From Octopus bimaculoides (taxonomy: Eukaryota), in the NCBI RefSeq assembly GCF_001194135.2, contig NC_068999.1:16406177-16470176 (forward strand): 64,000 bases of DNA, given 5' to 3'. Every line of letters begins with the position of its first letter. Within the stretch, counting starts at the first letter, position 1. Position numbers and translations under genes: made by a program. A model generated the notes under the pieces. The model was given only the letters and a program-made list of their open reading frames with translations. It made no database searches and was not told the DNA's origin. Of the stretch, positions 1 to 13,420 are shown one piece after another.

Positions 1-40
<40 letters not shown>

Positions 41-245
41 GTATGTGTGTGCTTGTGTGTTTGCCCCCCACCATCGCTTGGCAGTCGATGCCGGTGTGTT
101 TATGTCCCCGTAACGTAGCGGTACGGACAAAGATACCAATAGGATAAGTACTGGTTTTACAGAGAAGTCCTGCGTCGATTTGTTCGACTAAACGCGGTGA
201 CCTAGCATGGCGGCAGTCAAATGACTGAAAGAAATAAAAGAATAC
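1..245 (+). mobile_element. SINE family A, 3' module with its internal TA/TG microsatellite (head lies outside the window)
   Basis: 61-245 (ttgccccccaccatcgcttggcagtcgatgccggtgtgtttatgtccccgtaac...gtcaaatgactgaaagaaataaaag) is the reverse complement of the tail of the full copy at 29281-29693. Confidence 0.8.
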
Positions 246-1024
246 AAAGAAAAAGATTAACGGTTCAACAAGATGAAATGGCCCAGAATAAAGAGGCTGA
301 ATGAAAGGGAGCTAATAATAACAATTACGGTAACCCCAAGAATTAAGGTGTGCAAGCGTGTGTGTTTATGTGAGAACGGTGTGTGTGTGCATGTGTGAAT
401 GGGAACGAGTGTGTGAGCATATACTTGTGGGCGAGATGAAAATAATGTGGACCTGTGTGTGTGTTAGAGTATAAATATATATATACATATATTTCAATAC
501 GGAGCAAATAATTCACGTAAAGATAATTTGCGAATATACTATTGACTCTGTTATTATCTCGTGTAACAATTTAAAAACGATAATAACAGAATCAATAACA
601 TAGGCGATTGCAGGCCTCCAAAAAAGCATTAAAGAGCTGAAAGATTGAAATTAATCAAAGGACATTCTATGTCTACCTGCTGGAAAAATGTTACACGATT
701 ACAAATATATACAACAATAATAACAACAGATGTCTTTCAATTAAAAGGACAAATTAAGTTAAGCTGGCGTGTGAAGTGGAAGCCTTATGGCAACAAACAT
801 AGATTAAAGTCAGGAGACAGGAAAATAATGTGTTGTGTGAGCGGCGGTCAGGCCAAGAAAGAACGATCATGCTTGGCCGAGTACCAAGCACGTAGGAGGA
901 ACAGAGTGAAGAAGCGAGCAGATGGATTGAAGAATTAAGGACGGAACTAGAAAGAGAGAGAGAAAGATGGAGGGACAGGGGAAAAGATACAAGGTAGATA
1001 ACAGGGGAAAGTAGAGAGATGAAA

Positions 1025-1058
<34 letters not shown>

Positions 1059-2334
1059 GCGCACTTCAATAAACATCCGTACCCTCTCCTACGGAGTTAG
1101 ATTCATATTTTTGAATACGTGTATTTGTGGTTATTTAGGGTACTGGAACTGCAATGTTGCATGAGGAATTAAATGAAATCATATATAAGCTGCTATATTG
1201 CTAATATGTCTATTTAGTACATATTCCTAAAAATATCTGGTTATAACACATATATAGATATAGAGACATACACACGTACCCACGCACAAACATACATATC
1301 TATATGTGAACCTCTCTTTGTCCGCTATCTCTCTTTCTCTGTTTGTATGTACGTCTGTATGTATATATATATATATGTATATATATATACGCAAATACAC
1401 ACATACATATGTATATATACAGGCATACATTCATACATACGTATATACATATAAACATACATACATGCATAGACACGTATACATTTTTATACATATTTGT
1501 TTGTGTGTATATATATTTGCGTGTGTGCCTGTATGCATGTTTGTATGTATGTGTGTGTGTGTGCTTGGGTGCGTGTATGTATGTATGAATATATGTATGT
1601 ATATATTTATGATGCAGTTCAAATACCTTCTTCAGATGCATGTATATCACTACTTTCCATAATTGTATACTACCTGTACTATCTCGGAGGCAATAATTTT
1701 GTTTCTGAAATCTTATTAGTATGAAATATATTCCTGCGTATATCTTCTCTAAAAGCTCTTATCTTTCCTTTTCATTTTATCGCATTCAATAGCTTCGTAG
1801 CTTTTCCGTCTTGGCAAATTGTATCTCTTTTTTTTTTCTTGCTGATTTTTTTGACTAGAAGGTGTTATGTACTTTCCTAATTTCCTTAAAATCGTAAAGT
1901 GAAATAAAATCAAAGTTCGAAAAATATAAAGCAAATAATATTTCAAAATATAACTAGTGTAAGTTTACTGAAAATATCTCAAGGATACATCTTAATTTTA
2001 GTTGGCTGAGCTTCTTTTCATATTTATATTTCCTGAAGATTCATTTATAGTTTCATACATAGACCTTAGAAGGTATATCACATATCAATTTCGTTCTTAT
2101 TTGACGGAGCGGAATAGGTAAATCTTTTTCGTGTAAATATACGAATGTTTCTAAAGACAGACACACACACACGCACACACAGACAGAATCACACGCGCAC
2201 GCATATGTACCCACACACATACCCTTGAATACGTAGCTGTAGCAATAAGGTCGTTTCAGAAACATGTGATTTCACCCAGTTTAATTCCCACCACGTCATA
2301 ATCTTATTTTGTAGTATATTTTTCATAAAGAAAC

Positions 2335-4350
2335 CATGGCTGAAGTTTCCACCAGCGACAGATCCGAAATAGCCGGAGTTTGGACAAATACTTGAAGAAT
2401 ATCCTGTACAACATTCTGAAGGGCGACGTCACCGTGCAAGAAGCATGACGCAAGTGGTGTACCAATCATGCGAAGATACCATTGGTGTTAAGTAAATGGA
2501 AAGTAACATACAGAAAGGCCTTAGTAAGAGGCAGCACAGATGGCAGCATTGAGGAAAGAGCTAAGGTAACTGAAGAAAAAGTGGAGAGAAGCTGATGGAG
2601 GAAGAAAACTGGCTTCAAGCCAATATATTATGGAGTTACGAATAGATCTGCACCTGCCCCGTAGAACAGAGTGATGTCGGAAAAGAAGACAGAGAGAATT
2701 GGAGGCAGAGGAAGGTCTTATTAGCAACCCATACCAGTTCTCAGCAGACCTCCTCGGAAAGCCAAAATGCAGGGGAGAAATATGCTCAAAAGAAGCGGTG
2801 AAGAGCAGTGTAGAAACAGTGAATAGCAACCTGAGAAGAGACATTCCAGTAGAAAATTGTCTTTTTTCATTGCCAGCGCTCAAACTTCACTTCCTCTCCA
2901 GATTTCACTTTCGGCTAAGTGAGGACAAGGGTAGAAAAAGTCCGGTTTCTGCACCAGGGCCATCAGGCTGCACGTATAGAATTTATTAAGAAAAATGCCC
3001 ACAACTGTGAAAGAAGCAAGCAAAACTACTGAACTTTTAAACTGGAAGAAGCAGGAACTCTGACTCCGAACACTCGATAAAGCTCTTTTGTCCCAAGAGC
3101 AGAAGATATCTCCGCAAAATTTGATCCGTTTCGAGAGATCTCTCTTTCAGACATTTAAGGCGAGATCTTTTGGGCCATCATTGCCAAAAAGTTAATATCA
3201 TACGAGCGTCCAAACATAAGACGCCCCAGGTTAGTCTGAATGTCTCGAGAACACATCAACAGTCAACCATGTCACTTAGGACGCAAGAAGGAAAAAGAAC
3301 ATACTTTTCCGTTGTACGGTTGGATCTTACGAAAGCATAGCCAATCGTGCCTCACTAGATTCTTCAGAATGAATTGGAGAACTACCAAATGCCAACAAAA
3401 GTAATCAGACTCATAATGCCCTACATAAGTCCACTGGGGGTGAGGTTCACCGTGGGAAATTTCAAAATGGAGTGGAAGCAATTAAAAAAGGGCAGTGTGC
3501 ATGATGCTCAAGTTCTCTGGCGCTGTTTGTAGCAACCCTGAACCTACTGCTAGATGTAGCAAGAAAGCAGCCGATAGGTCTCAAGACTGAAGGAGTAACA
3601 GGAGATCATATTTGCAGGGTGTTCACGTGAGGCTCATCGGTTGTGACACCATCAATTGAAGGAACACAGTAGACATTGTGCTCGCTGAAAAAGATGGCAA
3701 AATGGTCACACCTGAAGTTCAACTCAGCGAAATCTCTGAGTCTGAATATTCTTAAAAGAAAGCTGACAAACGTTCCCTATTTTGCGTTCAACCGCAGACT
3801 AAGATATGCAAGTCTTCCCAGAGGAGATAGTAGTAACCTCACTCCGACCAAATACATTTCCATTCTCCAGGATTACAAAAACAACCATCGTAGTGGAACC
3901 CATAGTATTCTAGGAGAACAGACTGGATATCTTTCACCAAGTAAACCAATCGAAATATCAGGACTTAGTCGACGAGGCCCTTGTCAAACGATGGCATGTG
4001 TCCTTGCTTCCCCTTGGATTCGGCTACCGTAGCTTTCACCTGTAACTGCGCTATTTCCTGCAGAAGATATGTCTGTAAGTAGACAACAGTAAAACGCAAG
4101 GAGATAGGCACGGCAGCTGAGATTATCTCAAGGTGGCTATGATTGACAGGAAATTGCACGTGGAATCCTGCGGTAGGCGAATGCTAATTCAGTCCTCGCA
4201 ATCTCATTGAGGTGAGGCGTAAGGTCTAAGGAGCAGAACATTCATGACTTTAAGATGCCTTCTGACGAGACGTAGAGTTTTCCAGTATTGCATTGGTTTA
4301 GATGAGCTTTGAAGTAGCTCTTGCAGATTCTGCATGGACTGAAGCATCTC
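2335..4350 (+). mobile_element. Decayed non-LTR retrotransposon RT region, R2-group/RLE type (HERO-clade-like); multiple stops and frameshifts; C-terminal endonuclease not present
   Basis: Piecewise translation gives LISNPYQFSADLLGKPK, SAPGPSGCTYRIY/KKCP, FREISLSDI*GEIFWAIIAKKL, SECLENTS, VVRLDLTKA*PIVPH, VRFTVGNFKMEWKQLKKG, LFVATLNLLL, MAKWSHLKFNSAKSLSL and IISRWL. These follow the order of RT motifs I recall for HERO-like elements (SAPGPSG.PY, QFRTISLL..EGKIF, SGCLEH, WLDL.NAYGS.PH, WARM.FKP.KSRSL). The AFMDD catalytic motif is degraded to VFT*G near 3620. Clade assignment is from memory. Confidence 0.8.
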
Positions 4351-4450
4351 TGATGTTTATTTCACCTACAAATATAAGTGTTTGTGTGTGTGCATGTGCG
4401 TGTATGTATACGTGTGTGTATCCGTCTATATTGTACAGCTAAATGTGTGC

Positions 4451-4494
<44 letters not shown>

Positions 4495-6164
4495 TTATAG
4501 GTCATATGTTTATATGTATATATGTGTGTCTGTGTGCATATATATATATGCATCATTGCAAACGAGAGGAGTCCACCATCTCAAACATGCTTTCTTTATA
4601 AATCTGAAGTAAACGTCAAAGAGGTATTTCGTTATATCAACGTTCAAGTGTCAGCAGTAAATAAGCTAATAAGCAGATGCTTCAGTGATGAACGTTTATA
4701 TAATACAGTTTCGTTTATTTTAACTGGACGCCATGTTTACATCAATCCAGCGATGTTGGTGAAAAGAAACTCAAGAAGCTCTACTTGAAGTTGCTTACAT
4801 ATACGTATTTTTCTGCGCGAGATACCAAAGGCGTTTTGTATCTAAAGGCATCCGGTCGTCAAAGGAATATAAAAAGTTGTTTATTGTTAAGACAAGCAAA
4901 GAGAAAATACTGGTAATTAACTTCACTGTGAAGCATAATTTTGTAACATCATTGCGAAAACGTAATCTCCTCTCTGTTTCATTGACTTCAATTTAATGTG
5001 TGATATAATCCGTTGTAGAAGAGCAATATTCCTTCAATGCAGTCTATTCGCTATAATATAGTAAGTTCTTGGCTGTTGCTGTGTAGCCTAAACTTCTGTT
5101 GGCCTATTTTTGTCAGGAAGAAATATGTTAAGATTAAGCAATTTTCATAGATGCTCAAACCTTCGGGGTATTTCATGAATAATTTTAGTGGGGGGGGGGG
5201 TATGTGAGATATCTAGGCAACAGGATTTGATATATTCTAATAAGTGAACCTGTAAGTTGTAACTCACTATGCTAGATATACCAGCCTATCAACTCGACCT
5301 CAAATTACCTCCTACTGGTTTAGAGAAGACGGTGTATGTGATAAATTAATCTAGCAGCTGCGCAGATGCAGGCAATACTTGACGAAAGGAAGAGATCACA
5401 TAGCTACACATCCTTCAACCGCAGATCTAGTGAGACAAGGTTGAAATGGAAGTAAGTAACACGCCAGCAATAGTCGTAATAAGAGCCTCAACAACTCATT
5501 GTAAATCATGACAAGTGTATCTGTGAGTCTATTGAGAAGGTTTAGGGGAAACGAGTTGGCTAATAGCTTGTAAAAAGATTACCATCACGAGATTGTCGGT
5601 TCATATCTCGTTCTAAGGGCATATTTTGTCCTTGGACATGGCGATTTTCTTAACAGTGCTTCTCTCCACTTTGCAACAAGAAACAAGTCTACAGGACAAA
5701 GTGCCCGGTTATCTTCACCTAGTGCGGCAGCATCACTGAGTTAGTGTTATGACCAATATCGGCCAGTGAGTAAAGCGTAAATATTTGTTGTTGTCAGTGA
5801 TATTCTACCTTTACCTTTTACTTAATATGCTTAGCAGTGTATGTTTGTATGTAAAAGTGGAAACAGTTTTGTTACAGCAAAAATAATGTATTGTAGATTT
5901 ATTGTGAGTGAGAACTCCCACATTAATTTATTTCCTTCACTGGATGTGAGCTTCATTTGTATGAATGGATGATCACACACTTGCTACAAGTACGTGATTA
6001 TTACTCTGATGGGCAATACATCTATATATTGTATTCAATTAACAGTTGCATGGAACTAAAGTGTGGCAATATTATAAGCATGTTCTCGCCACATGGGATC
6101 ATTAGAACATCAACGATGATCATTATAAATGTAGCTCAATGTGATGTATGTTTACATGTATGTA

Positions 6165-6379
6165 TGAGAGGGTGCTGAAAAATTCCTGGCTTTAACAGTA
6201 TCACGAAAACCTACTTGGAGGCCCAAAATCCCCACTTCTTTTACAGAGCTTAAAAAAACTGAAGAACCGCTACAAAAATGTGTGAATTTAAGAAGGGAGT
6301 ACGTTGAATAAAATTAAGATTAACTGATCCTCCTATGTCTACTTTTACCCAAAGCCAGGAACTCTTTAGCATGCCCTCG
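6165..6379 (+). mobile_element. Mariner-derived MITE (internally deleted), TA target site
   Basis: Imperfect TIRs tgagagggtgctgaaaaattcctggcttt (from 6165) and aaagccaggaactctttagcatgccctcg (to 6379), flanked by TA at 6163-64 and 6380-81. The interior keeps the mariner transposase C-terminus (LKNRYK/CVNLRREYVE*, cf. RW.KCI.L.GDYVEK*). Confidence 0.85.
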
Positions 6380-6504
6380 TATGTATGCTTGTATGCATAT
6401 ATATATGGGAAAGTAAAATCATGAAGCACTACAAATGTTGCCTTGTTATCATCACTTGCGTATCTCGGTCCAGAAGTGAATCAAAAATGGTTGTACTTTG
6501 TCTC

Positions 6505-7260
6505 TGTAGCTCTCCACAGCGTATCTCGAAAATGGTCTCAGAGAGATATCGACTGGGACGTAGCGTGCAGATTAACGTAGAGCTGCTCACCAACTTCCAG
6601 TTCGCAGATGACATTACGCTTATCGAAGAAAGTACCCGAGAGTTACAAACCATGCTAGACCATGCAGAGCTGAACACTACAGGTTTGGCAGTCGACCTGA
6701 AGATCACTCATGCGGAAACAAAGTACATGCGTTAGGAAGGCTTGAAACTCAATCAAACTGCGTTTCGATGCGAGGAAATCGAAGAGATGGAAAGTTATGT
6801 GTATCGCAGCTAAGCTATAACCATGGGAAATGACATGAATGGGATTTTGTAGAGAACAAGATCAGGATAGAGAGTTTAGCTCAGCAAATGATGAGCTGAA
6901 AGCGAACCTCGACAAAGTCACTCGGGCAAACATCTTCAACAACACGGTTCTACCTGCAATGTTTTCCGCAAGTGACACTTGGAAAACGACGAGGAGGAAC
7001 AAACAGCGGTTAACAACGACATAAAGAGCCTTGAAAAGGTCGATGGCAGGAGAGATCAGATCCTTGAGAGATCACATCCGAAATGAGCAGAACAGGGAAA
7101 GAACTAGAGTGAAGAGCGATATCAACCCATGCAGCTATCGAGTGGTATCCGCGTGAGCAGAACAACCTCACGTAAGGTCTCCCCTTAGATGGATTGACAA
7201 TATAAAGAGAATAATGTGAGGGCAAGGACAAGAACAGAACATTCTAAATACTGTGGCCAA
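6505..7260 (+). mobile_element. 5'-truncated, decayed RTE-clade LINE (RT C-terminal half)
   Basis: VQINVELLTNFQFADDITLIEESTRELQTML (FADD catalytic motif) and ETKYMR are followed, across frameshifts, by EIEEMESYVY, RANIFNNTVLPAMFSASDTWKTT, RALKRSM, LRDHIRNE, WYPRE and PLRWIDNI. This is the typical RTE RT/post-RT motif order. Confidence 0.85.
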
Positions 7261-10227
7261 CGTATCAAAGCGACATCTGACAGCCAGCTCGGTCAACCAG
7301 TACCAATCTCTGAACTTACACACACAAACACACACAGATAAACGCACGCATACACTTACATACGTACATGCATGCATGTCGCTCACTCAGATTGCCTTGT
7401 CTCATATACGAAGCAAGCAAATAACAGAGAAGAACGGGTATACATCCTTTATGTTTTAATAGGCTCCAATAGTAATTTCTCCACATGGTGATTGTCTGGT
7501 GACATTCACTTTTAGTACAATACTTAAGGAATGACATTTTCACCATAGAACATTGAATGTGTCTGGAGAACCTTACCTTTATAAAGAATGACAAAAAACA
7601 ATGGAAGTGAAAGTTACAATTGAAATGCGATCGAAGCATTATACACATGTCGTCCAATAATTTGACCGTGCGTAGTTAACAATTTCTTATATATAGTTTG
7701 CTTCTATTTTGTTTTAGTTTAGTTATTACGCTGTAGTACATTTTAAAGTTTTTGCCTCACAAGCAACATGTCACTGAACAATATTTAATTCACAATTAAG
7801 TTAGGATGAGTAATCGTAGTAGAAGTTTCTGCTAGTCCTTCAGCATGCTGCTTGTACATTGCTAACTTCTAAAATTCCATTCATCTGAAAAAAAAAAGGT
7901 GAAAAAGAAACAAAAAATAGGTAAAAAAAAAAACTAAAAACTAAAGCCTCGAAGCAAGCAGACTTTCAAAAACACGAGGAAGCTCATTAAGCGTATTTCC
8001 CCACCATTTCTCGTCTGCTTCTGTTTTATGCCTGAATTGATTCGTACAGTTTCTGTAGTTGTCTGACACAAGACAAATAGTCACCACGGACATTTCAAAG
8101 GTATTTATTTTCAGCCAATCAACATTCTCCAAGGAGCATCGTTTGTCTACACTCCTGTTAATAATCAGACGAGCGTATATTCTTCCTTTCCTCTCTTTAT
8201 TTTTATACTTTTACTTTTCGCCATTTTCAACTATTTTCTTTTTTTTTTTTCACTACTTAGGTTTTCTCTCGTTGTTGCTCTTCGTTGATATTGCAATAAA
8301 AAGGAAGGAAACAAAAGAGAAGGAAATAAATAATGTAAGTCCGATGTTACAGCTTGCTTTTTATTAACCTAACTTTCCGTTGTTATATTTCTTGTTGTTA
8401 GTAGGTTTCTAGTTATATTTCTCTGCTTCAAATCTCAAGTTAACAAAATCGAAAAGAAAATTAGATAGACTAATANNNNNNNNNNNNNNNNNNNNNNNNN
8501 NNNNNNNNNNNNNNNNNNNNNNNNNNNNNNNNNNNNNNNNNNNNNNNNNNNNNNNNNNNNNNNNNNNNNNNNNNNNNNNNNNNNNNNNNNNNNNNNNNNN
8601 NNNNNNNNNNNNNNNNNNNNNNNNNNNNNNNNNNNNNNNNNNNNNNNNNNNNNNNNNNNNNNNNNNNNNNNNNNNNNNNNNNNNNNNNNNNNNNNNNNNN
8701 NNNNNNNNNNNNNNNNNNNNNNNNNNNNNNNNNNNNNNNNNNNNNNNNNNNNNNNNNNNNNNNNNNNNNNNNNNNNNNNNNNNNNNNNNNNNNNNNNNNN
8801 NNNNNNNNNNNNNNNNNNNNNNNNNNNNNNNNNNNNNNNNNNNNNNNNNNNNNNNNNNNNNNNNNNNNNNNNNNNNNNNNNNNNNNNNNNNNNNNNNNNN
8901 NNNNNNNNNNNNNNNNNNNNNNNNNNNNNNNNNNNNNNNNNNNNNNNNNNNNNNNNNNNNNNNNNNNNNNNNNNNNNNNNNNNNNNNNNNNNNNNNNNNN
9001 NNNNNNNNNNNNNNNNNNNNNNNNNNNNNNNNNNNNNNNNNNNNNNNNNNNNNNNNNNNNNNNNNNNNNNNNNNNNNNNNNNNNNNNNNNNNNNNNNNNN
9101 NNNNNNNNNNNNNNNNNNNNNNNNNNNNNNNNNNNNNNNNNNNNNNNNNNNNNNNNNNNNNNNNNNNNNNNNNNNNNNNNNNNNNNNNNNNNNNNNNNNN
9201 NNNNNNNNNNNNNNNNNNNNNNNNNNNNNNNNNNNNNNNNNNTATATATATGCATATATAAGTATATATATATGTATATATATACACACACATGCACACA
9301 CACATACACACGTGCGCACATACGCACACACACAAACATATATTCTGCTGTAACAATTTTCGCATCATGGGTTCATTCTAGTACGCATGAATTAGCACAA
9401 ACCGAACGTATGCATACCAGTTAAAAGTTATGTATATGGACAAACTATTCCTTTCATCGAATACTATACTCAACACGTAGCCCAAAACCTCAAAAAATAT
9501 AAAAGACAGTATTTCATTCTAAATATTATTCGCTATATATCAGATTCAAATACTGTCTGTTAAGCTTACTTTTTAAAGTACTTTCTTCAATGCACGGGTA
9601 TGGAAAGCGTATGCAAACCAAATCTAATGATGTATATAATGGTATGAAAACTTACATACAACCGAGTGAAAAGGTATCAAACACCCCGAATACCATTTTC
9701 TAATTTTATTTTCCAGCATTCAATCTTCATACATACGCACATGCATGCATACATACATACTTATATACATACGTACATGCATACGCGCGTTTATGACTGC
9801 GTACATATATGTGTGTGTGTGTGTGTGTGTGAGAGTGAGAGAGAGAGAGAGAGNNNNNNNNNNNNNNNNNNNNNNNNNNNNNNNNNNNNNNNNNNNNNNN
9901 NNNNNNNNNNNNNNNNNNNNNNNNNNNNNNNNNNNNNNNNNNNNNNNNNNNNNNNNNNNNNNNNNNNNNNNNNNNNNNNNNNNNNNNNNNNNNNNNNNNN
10001 NNNNNNNNNNNNNNNNNNNNNNNNNNNNNNNNNNNNNNNNNNNNNNNNNNNNNNNNNNNNNNNNNNNNNNNNNNNNNNNNNNNNNNNNNNNNNNNNNNNN
10101 NNNNNNNNNNNNNNNNNNNNNNNNNNNNNNNNNNNNNNNNNNNNNNNNNNNNNNNNNNNNNNNNNNNNNNNNNNNNNNNNNNNNNNNNNNNNNNNNNNNN
10201 NNNNNNNNATATATATATGTACATACC

Positions 10228-10259
<32 letters not shown>

Positions 10260-11555
10260 ATATACATAATTATATATGCGTGTGTGTATATGTCGCGTGT
10301 GTGCGTGCGTATGCTATATATACAGATGTACGCACATGTGACAAAAACACACATACAGATTTACATATGTATATATACATATATATATAGATTCCATATT
10401 TGTGTACGCTTATGTATGTGTTGCTTCTCTCTATGTGCACCGGTATGTATATGTATGAATAAATGCATGCATCTAAGTACTGAAGTGTAATGAAATCCGT
10501 ATTTGTCAAACTATGAGTAACGAATTATATTTAGGTTACTAAACAGGACTGAAATGTTACGTTGAAGGTCCTGACAAAATCAATTTATCCAACAATATTC
10601 AAATTGACAGATGGAAAGTGTCCAACAAAATGCTTGGTTTCATTCGGAACAGGGCCAAATTTTGTGAGGAACAGATAGAATTATTAAATTGTCATATTAC
10701 TGATTTTTGGTTGTCTAACATTGTAGACAACGATCTACGTCCCACCATACCCCGTCAAAGCTAAAACCATTGCAGACAGAGTTTCAATATCATTTAGAAG
10801 ACATGTCATTTCGCTGGTTTATTTAAGTAATCGAGCAAAGATTTCTACGTCAAAATTTCTCTGTTGAATTCCAATGATATAGAGAATTTCAGAGCAGACT
10901 AACATACAACTGAGTCAACAGACATTATGACGTCATCGCAAAATTAGCTTTACAATATTTCTCAACAACTCATTTATAAAATATTATAATTCCGTTTAAT
11001 TTATTCTTAAGAATTCTGTAGATTTATTTATGTATGCATGAGTGCGTAAGCGTGTGCATATGTATACATGTAGGTGTGCATATATATTCGTTTATATATG
11101 GCGGTTCCCCATCACGGCCGCAGCATTAGGGCTGAAGAATGTAAAAGAACGAAAATAAAAGAATACGGATATACATATGCATATATACATACGTATATAT
11201 ACTGGATATATACACATACATATATACATATAGATATATACATACNNNNNNNNNNNNNNNNNNNNNNNNNNNNNNNNNNNNNNNNNNNNNNNNNNNNNNN
11301 NNNNNNNNNNNNNNNNNNNNNNNNNNNNNNNNNNNNNNNNNNNNNAGAGAGAGAGAGAGAGAGAGTGAGAGAGAGAGAGAGAGAGAGCATCGCACATATA
11401 TATGTAGGGGATTAAACGAAGTAAATTCTTCCTACCAAATTTTTCGTTTATAGAGATGATGGTTTCTTAAATTCTAGCACACCCACGTGCTGAATTGTAG
11501 TACAATCAGAAAAAAATTATGAAAATGCACAATAAATTTTATGCTGAAAATAAAG

Positions 11556-11576
11556 TGTGTGTGTTTGTGTGTGTGT

Positions 11577-11621
<45 letters not shown>

Positions 11622-11680
11622 CGCGTGCGTGTGTGTTTGTATGTGAGTATGAGTGCGCGCGCGTGTATGTGTGTGTACTG
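11556..11680. repeat. (TG)n/(CG)n microsatellite
   Basis: Direct reading: long gtgtgt tract with a gcgcgcgcgc core. Confidence 0.95.
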
Positions 11681-12499
11681 CACGCTGGATTACTTTTATA
11701 GAATTAATTTGCTGTTTGCAATATTTTGTATGAACACGACTAATAATAACCGATCAACTAACTACATTTATCTTCGCAGATTTATTATATACAACTTTCC
11801 TTAACGTCATTTGTTAGTTATACGAAACACATAGAAAATTAGAGCATAAAAAAATCATCTAACAACCACTCATTAAAATTTATGATGTGCGATAGCTCGA
11901 AACCATTATTATAACTATTATCTTAATAGATTTTATAATCACGATAGCTGAAAAGGTGCCAAAGATGGTAACATTGGTCTGTAAGGAATATTTACCATTG
12001 TAAACTACAGCTACACATACACAGAATCTGTATGTGTGAATGTACAAGTTACACAATGCGCTAGAAATTTATACTGGAAGAATGGGTCCGCAAATGACCA
12101 GGATGCACCAAAACAGAGTAATGACCTGGACAGAATTGACAAAAGGAACTTTTGCTTAGTATATAGAATATTTTTGGTCTAGCTGTGCTTCTTTATATTT
12201 CTCATAGAATTTCTAAAGTGAAGTTCTTCAAGACGTTGATTATCGAAATTGACCGATACTTTGGGCACATTTTCTAAATCCTCATGAATATATTGATTGT
12301 GTAAAAGAGATGAAAGAATTTATAAACCAAAATGTTTTATAATAAATATGGAAACCCCAATATAATTGCCTTCGTACGATGTTTCAGTTTTATTCTCTTT
12401 TTGTTTCAGAGTTAGTTTCTAATTCTAGCACATACATTGCTGAGGATATTCTGCAGAACAAGATAAGCGAATGTTACATAACAAAAAGAAAGACTAAAA

Positions 12500-13362
12500 T
12501 AAACCGCATAACAGCCACCACTATCAACAACAACAATGACAACAAGAACAGGAACAACAATGATAAAAGCAATAATAAAAATGATAATAAAAATAATGAT
12601 GATAATAATGATGTTCACGATGATTATGATAATATTAATAATGATCATCATTATATTTATTGCTTGTTCTAAAATACAAAAGAGACGAAGAGAGATTATC
12701 AAAGCGACAAAGACAAGAATACAATATCGGAAGATGCTGGAGAAGATATATGATGGAAGCGACGAAGGAGAACAAAAAAAAAACAGGGCGTGTATTAGAA
12801 GGAACAGGGGTAGGGGAGGAGGGATAGAAAAATATGATGATGCTGATGACGATGATGATGTTTATGATGATCATGATCATCATCATCATCATCATCATCG
12901 TCGTCGTCATCATCATCATCATGGGGAGTCTATGGTGGTAGTGGTGGTGGTGGTGGTGGTGGTGGTGATGATGCAACGGAAGGCAAATAAGAGCTAAAGG
13001 AAGAAAGAAATGAAAAATGAGGGAGAGGAGGAATGAGGTGAAAGAAGAAGGAACGAAAACGAGAAAAGAAAGAATATTAAAGCAAGTAATGAAGGTAAAA
13101 AATTAAAACAAGGAAAAGATGAGGAATAGAAGGNNNNNNNNNNNNNNNNNNNNNNNNNNNNNNNNNNNNNNNNNNNNNNNNNNNNNNNNNNNNNNNNNNN
13201 NNNNNNNNNNNNNNNNNNNNNNNNNNNNNNNNNNNNNNAACGGTGGGGGGAGGAGGAGAAGAAGTAGAAGAAGAAAAAGAAGAAGAAGAAAGAAGAAGAA
13301 GAAGAAGAAGAAGAAGGAAAAGAAGAAGAAGAAGAAGAAGAAGAAAAAGAAGAAGAAGAAAT

Positions 13363-13408
<46 letters not shown>

Positions 13409-13420
13409 AGAAGAAGAAGG
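12500..13420. repeat. Compound trinucleotide microsatellite block (AAC/AAT/GAT/CAT/GGT/GAA), interrupted by gap 13134-13238
   Basis: Direct reading. It produces the poly-N/D/H/V/K/M ORFs in the track. Confidence 0.95.

Noticed and set aside
645-938. 97-aa ORF with a TTG start
   Set aside because: A non-AUG start is implausible in this eukaryotic context, and there are no splice signals or domains.
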